A DNA stretch of 64,000 nucleotides from Octopus vulgaris (lineage: Eukaryota). The notes below the pieces were generated by a model. That model did not search any database. It was not told the DNA's origin and was given only the letters and a program-made list of their open reading frames with translations. Location of the stretch: positions 68,510,001-68,574,000 of the forward strand of contig OX597821.1 of the NCBI GenBank assembly GCA_951406725.2, read 5' to 3'. Of this stretch, positions 57,759 to 64,000 are shown piece after piece; the stretch's first letter is position 1, and each line of letters opens with the position of its first letter. Made by a program: the position numbers and the translations under genes.

Positions 57759-58213
57759 GAGAGCGAATGGCTGTTGTTGTTTTTAAACCACTTCATAGGT
57801 GGCGCTCTGCGCCAAAATAGATATGCCATCTTTTTTTTTACAAGCAGACTAATGTATTTATTTTCCATCAGTCTGTTAAGATGGTGATTGCTACATAACA
57901 ATCTTACCGTAACTGGACAGGAACTACCGAACTGTTCAAGAAAAAAAACAAGAACTACACCAATAACGACAACAACAACCATAGTAACAGGAACACAAGT
58001 AACAACAACAACAACAACAACAACAATATGGGGGTTATCAGAGCTAAGAATCTATAGACATCTTTCGACTTTGTTCTGTCCGCTCTTTTTGTATTCTTTT
58101 ATGTTTGTTGTTTTTTGATCTTTGTTGTTTTTGGCAGATGGCACATCTAGATAATTTCCGGCTCCTATGTTTTACACGCATATACATGCATAGAGCACAC
58201 ACACACGCACATC

Positions 58214-58272
<59 letters not shown>

Positions 58273-58273
<1 letters not shown>

Positions 58274-58490
58274 GTTTCAAATTTGGCACAAGGCCAACCA
58301 TTTCGGCGGAGAAAGGTTATTACATTGGGGCCCCCCCCCCCCCCAGTGTTCAGTTGGTACTTATTTTATCGACCCCGAAAGGATGAAATGCAAAGTCGAT
58401 CTCCGCGGAATTTGAGCTCACAACTTGACATTTCGAGCGTTTTTAAGTTCTAAGTTCAAATTGCGCCAAGATCGACTTTGCCTTTCATCC

Positions 58491-58552
<62 letters not shown>

Positions 58553-58720
58553 CACACATATGGCATGCTTCTTTTGCTTTCCGTCTACCGAATTCACTCA
58601 CAAGGCTTTGGTCGTCCCGGGGCTATAGTAGAAGATGCTTGCCCAAGCTGCAGCGCAATGGGACTGAACCCAAGTTTAAATGGTTGGTAATCAAGCTTCT
58701 TACCTCACATCCACGCCTGC
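58273..58720. mobile_element. SINE C fragments followed by a SINE A 5' half (minus strand)
   Basis: Family C and A segments recognisable. Confidence 0.75.
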
Positions 58721-59074
58721 ATGTCCAGGAACCGCTTGAATGTTATTAGATCTTTTCTTCCCTTATGTCATTTGGCACGATGTTAAAGAGAGCGAGACCA
58801 GTCGAAGTAAAATCATTCTTTACGTTGTGATGTGGTAGAAAGAAATTAGCGTAAGAGAAGTAAACTGTTTACTTACATGCCGGTGAAATAACGAAGCAAA
58901 TTGCAAAATACTTCTAAAGCTCCATTAATGTCAAGAAACCAATCATGCCTTTTCACCCAATAAAAAATACTGAAAAATTCTTTAATCAACTCTCCACAAT
59001 TAATAGCAGAAATAGAATTTAAAATAGAAATAGAATTTAAAATCAGCTGTTTATTGAAAATCAAATGCTTTAAT

Positions 59075-59325
59075 AATCCTTTCTACTACAGGTGTAAAGC
59101 CTGAAATCTGTTGGGGGTGGGGCTAGCCGATTACATCGATCCCAATACGTAACTGGTATTTATTTCATCGATGCTAGTGCGTAAATGGTATTTATTTCAT
59201 CGAGCTCGAAAGGATGAAAGGCAAAGTCAACCTCGGCGGAATTTGAACTCAGAACGTAATGACGGACGAAATGCCGCTAAGCATTTTTGGCCGGTGTGCT
59301 AACGATTCTGCCAGCTCTCCGTCTT
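59075..59325 (-). mobile_element. SINE family C
   Basis: Reverse complement of family C with a small internal duplication. Confidence 0.85.
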
Positions 59326-59349
59326 AATGATAACTGAAACAGATATTTC

Positions 59350-59890
59350 CCGAGGTTGTGTGGTAAGTAGCTTACTTCTCAACCGCATGGTTCCTGGTTC
59401 AGTCCCACAAAGTGGCACCTTGAGCATGTTCTTTCTTTTATAGCCAGGCAAAGCTTTTTGAGTGGATGTGGTAGACGGAAACTGAAAGTCCGGCGTATAT
59501 GTGTGTGTGTGTGTGTGCGTGTGTGTGTGTGTGTGTATGTGTGTGTGTGCATGCGCGCGCGCGTGCGTGTGTGTATAACTTATAAACAGGGGCAACAGAA
59601 AAAATTCCAATGCCAAATATGCCGAAAATAGACTAAAATCGTCAATAACCATATAATTCATCACTATAAGCACTATAGTGATGAATTATATGGTTATTGA
59701 CGATTTAAGTCTATTTTCGGCATATTTGGCATTGGAATTTTTTTCTTTTGCCCTTGTTTATAAGTTGTTTATAAATTTAACCTTTAAAGGTATTTTTAAT
59801 ATGCTGGCCATTTATTAATTTTTTTTCGAAAATTTTATCCTATATTATATATATATATATATATATGCACGTGCGCGTGCGCATATAATG

Positions 59891-59956
<66 letters not shown>

Positions 59957-60075
59957 CTATATATATATATAGGTGTGTGTCTCCGTGTCTATGTTTGTCT
60001 CGAATCATTCGACTAAAAATGTTTCAAGTTGGTGCCCCAGCATGGCCGTAGTCTAATGACTGAAACAAGTAGAAA
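59350..60075 (+). mobile_element. SINE family A whose internal microsatellite is interrupted by a fold-back module
   Basis: Head 59350-59500; tail GGTGCCCCAGCATGGCC..TGACTGAAAC at 60030-60070. Confidence 0.7.
59577..59766. repeat. Inverted repeat, ~92-bp arms, 5-nt loop
   Basis: 59577-59668 versus 59674-59766, few mismatches. Confidence 0.95.
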
Positions 60076-60502
60076 ATAAAAGCTTATAACTTTCAAAATG
60101 AAGTGTTTCGTATAAAACGTTTCAATAAAAAGCCCAATAAAAAATTCATAAGTTTTAGATTCAGAACAATGATACAGTTCTTTCGTTGTATTTGCGAGAT
60201 GTAGGTCTCTGTTATTGTTATAAGCATCATGTGGCAAGTTGATTTTAAATTCCGATCTTAATATTATTTTCGGTCGGCAGTTTAATACAAAAATACAAGG
60301 AAAATCAATCAGTTTCGGTCAATTTCGCTGCTATGTGTTGAAGAGAAGGTGTTTTTAGCATTGTTTCTCGATGACTGTGTTTCTCCTCAAAAACTGCCCT
60401 CAATGAAAAAGAATCGGATTCTTGAATTTCTCGTTGCTTGGGAAACTCTAGTGTAGTCCCGCATCACACACACATACACGCATACATTTCAGGCCTTATA
60501 CA

Positions 60503-60939
60503 TTATTTCAAAAATTTTGCCATAACGGCATGACACAGAGTAGCTTGCGGTCTGGACAAAAACATTGATGAGGTGAATGATGAAAAAAGGATGATATTAA
60601 TGGGAGAAGACAAAAAACGTCCGCCGATTTTTTGCTTCTCTAAAACATTATTCTCTTCTTTTTTTTTTACAGACAAAAGACAAAACGAGGTATTGAACTT
60701 CTTACTTCAGTTTTACAATTATTGGACTAATAGTCCATTTAAAAATTGGGGCGTTAAGCCTCTTAAACTCAATAACATACAATAAACATTAAACATTATA
60801 CAATAAGCATTATAACACTTTTCAACCTCTTGTCACTATTCATCCCCAACATCGCTTGTACCCGTATACTCCGTCATCAGCCACGCTTCATTCAAGACCA
60901 AGGTGGGATCCGAGTCGGCGTGGCGGGATCCGAGTCGGT
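60503..60939 (-). mobile_element. 5'-truncated copy of the ORF1-only element with a perfect 21-bp TSD
   Basis: Reverse complement aligns to ~17325-17749; ATACATTTCAGGCCTTATACA at 60482-60502 and 60940-60960. Confidence 0.9.
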
Positions 60940-61260
60940 ATACATTTCAGGCCTTATACAAGGTCGACTCGGAGCTATACTACAAGATACTTGCCCAAGG
61001 TACCACGCAGGGAGACTTCACACGATGCCATATGGCGGAAAAGTGAGCTTCTTAATCACACAGGCACACCATGTACGTTTCGAAGCTGTAGGCTTAAATG
61101 AGTTTCTAGCTTTCATTTGAAGTGTCTTCGTTATATTCAAACTGCAAATATTATTTTAGCTTGAGAAATTTGTATAGTATTTAAAGGTAAACTTGAAAAA
61201 ATAGGGACAGAAGTTTTGAAAATGTTACAGCCAGAAATATAAATGTATTTGTGTGGTATA

Positions 61261-61476
61261 TACGAGGAGCAAAAGCTCCTAGGTTTAAGGGTATCACGAA
61301 AGGTCTGGTTCGAGAGCCAGCCTACCGAGTTCTTTTAGAGGGCTTAGAAAAACTGAAGGGCCGCTGCAATAAGTGTGTGAATCTGAGAGGAGGATAGTTT
61401 GAATATGATCATAATTAACTGATCCTCCTGTATTTTCTTTTACCAAAAACCAGGAACTTTTCAGCAGCCCCTCGTA
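61261..61476 (+). mobile_element. Mariner-derived MITE retaining the transposase C-terminus
   Basis: TA-CGAGG...CCTCG-TA ends; WFESQPTEFF / EGLEKLKGRCNKCVNLRGG. Confidence 0.85.
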
Positions 61477-61567
61477 TGCATGACTGAGGGTGAGGGGTGA
61501 GTATGAGTGTGGTTTGTGCGCATGCGCAGAGTGCTTATGAATGAATAAATGCTGTTGCGAATATAAA

Positions 61568-62005
61568 GACACGGCTGAGTGGTTAGGTAGCTCGCTTTGC
61601 AACCACATGTTTCTTGGTTCAGTCCCACTGCGCAGGAACTTGAGCAAGTGATTTCTACTAATGGCTCCGAGCTGACCAATGCTTTATGGGTGATTTTAGT
61701 TGACGGAAACTGTGTGGAATCCTTTCGTGTATATATTTATGTGTGTGCTTGTGTCTGTAAATGTGTGTGTAAGTGTGTGTGTGTGTGACTGTGTCATCTT
61801 CCCCCTCTCACAGCTTGACAACAGGTGTTGGTTTGTTTATTCTGCGTAAATTGGCGACACGGTCAAAAAAAGAATTCGATAGAATAAGAACCAGACTTTA
61901 AAAGAAAAAGTACAAAGACCAACTTGCGCGACTAAAACCTTTCAAGATGGTGCTGCAGCGTGGTCGCAGCCCAATGACTGAAACAAATAAATGACAAAAG
62001 ATAAG
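61568..62005 (+). mobile_element. SINE family A, old diverged copy
   Basis: Head, B-box GGTTCAGTCCC and tail all recognisable. Confidence 0.8.
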
Positions 62006-62128
62006 AATTTAGTAGAAACAGACTGCCAACCGTGACCTACCAAGAGGAATCGGAGTACATATTTGTTCGGATTTAAGTAGTTGGTTGATACACCAGATAT
62101 AGAGAGTACTATACACATTTACACACGT

Positions 62129-62173
<45 letters not shown>

Positions 62174-62244
62174 TGTATGTATGTATATATATATGCATCT
62201 ATGTGTGTATATATATGTATGTATGTATGTATATATATATGCAT

Positions 62245-62287
<43 letters not shown>

Positions 62288-62291
62288 CGTC

Positions 62292-62352
<61 letters not shown>

Positions 62353-62850
62353 GCGACAGAAGCAATACTAATACCAAAGGTAATCTTGAACTCCAACTTT
62401 ACGGCGGAGGTAGTGTTAGAACAGAGGATACTGTGCTACTTACCTTGAGAGAATCTCTCATAAGTTCTCGTGGTGCATAAAAACACACGTAATTATACCG
62501 TTGACAGGTGAGAATTGTCTACTATGGCACCCGGAACGGCCAGTTCACGCGATTTCACCCTGCTACGGATCCCTCAGTAACAGATGTCCAGCAGCGAATC
62601 TCTCGTCAACAATATATACGATTTTAGTGTCTATTCAGGCACTGGTGTCGCAAACGTCAAATGGGTTTAGTAATAAACAGTTATTTGCGACAGAAGCGAT
62701 ATTAACACCAAAGAGCAATCTTCATCTCCATCTTAATATGGAGGTTTCGTTAGAATACAAGATACTTCGTTATTTAGCCTGAAAGGAACCCATAGCAGGG
62801 TGAAACCATGTGATCTAGTTGTCCCGGCAGTGGTAGCAGATGATTCTCGT
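62353..62850. repeat. Module between (TA)n tracts with diverged direct and inverted internal repeats
   Basis: Direct: 62353-62450 versus 62687-62785; inverted: 62510-62577 versus 62779-62848. Confidence 0.7.
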
Positions 62851-62863
62851 AGCAGACGACATC

Positions 62864-62965
<102 letters not shown>

Positions 62966-62967
62966 TT

Positions 62968-63051
<84 letters not shown>

Positions 63052-63468
63052 TACACAAGCACACATGGAATATTCTATGTAATTTTATAGGCAGTATTAT
63101 ACACGCTTTTATATACATTTTCATATAACAGTCTTTTAAATACAGATTTGGGCTGTTCTATGTTGTTATTAGCTGCCCTACAACATCACCGCAAATAACA
63201 TACAAGCCAAACTTATATTTAAAAGACAATCCTTTTCCTCCACTTACGAGTTTGACATGGCAATCGAAACACGACCTTGTCAGAGAAAACTAGCATTTAT
63301 TTTGATATTTAAACATCTGTACTTCCATGTGTATTTTCAGTATATATCGTCGCATGCCTATAAGATTTCATTATTTTAACCCTACAACAGAGTATTCAAC
63401 ATTCTATGACTAATACACGAAGTTATACGAAAAGATATACTGAGAAAAACATACATACAGAAATACAT

Positions 63469-63528
<60 letters not shown>

Positions 63529-63825
63529 TTTGTTATATGCAGGCATATGTGTGTATATATATGCGCGTATGTGTATAATGGAATGAGCTAAGTAACGAAG
63601 GCAAAGTAATTTTTCATTTTATCCTTCTATTCAGGAAAATAGCTTTTTTTGTATGGAAAAAGGAATTATCGATTAGTGTTTGATGTTGAGTGTAGTGCGT
63701 TTTTGGCCACAGAATACCTGGATATGTGATACTTAGTATAGAATATATTTATATTAATGTTATGTGACGTGTAACTCGATGTGAGTTGGTTGTTAACCAT
63801 TAAAATGTTGTACTACGATGGAATA

Positions 63826-63863
<38 letters not shown>

Positions 63864-64000
63864 ATGTGTATGTGCCTGTCTGTCTGTCTGTCTGTCTGTG
63901 CGTATTTGGTGTGTAAATGGTAAAAAGCGTGCTTGTAGTTGAGTATTATTCTGCAAAACTGATGGTGTACTCCCTCTTTACCCAGCTTTTCTATATATAA

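Overview
AT-rich, microsatellite-saturated animal genomic DNA, either intergenic or intronic. The tRNA-derived SINE families look like those of octopus/cephalopods (inference from sequence recognition, not a database hit). I found no intact host gene; almost all long ORFs in the track are translated microsatellites. The window is a mosaic of degenerate mobile elements: R4/Dong-like RLE retrotransposons at (TAA)n tracts, a CR1-group LINE, RTE and Hero-like fragments, Tc1/mariner and hAT relics, and at least three SINE families in many copies. Most notable: (1) about ten hammerhead-ribozyme-like motifs from several unrelated sequence families in short modules beside (TA)n tracts, five of them within 44.6-46.3 kb, several inside fold-back inverted repeats (Penelope-like pseudo-LTR architecture); (2) recurrent fold-back palindromes next to (TA)n; (3) a ~2.3 kb ORF1-only (HAL1-like) retroelement present as a full-length and a 5'-truncated copy, both with TSDs and both inserted in SINE copies; (4) a CR1-group LINE whose 3' end is essentially the same as the tail of the dominant SINE, identifying a likely SINE/LINE partner pair.
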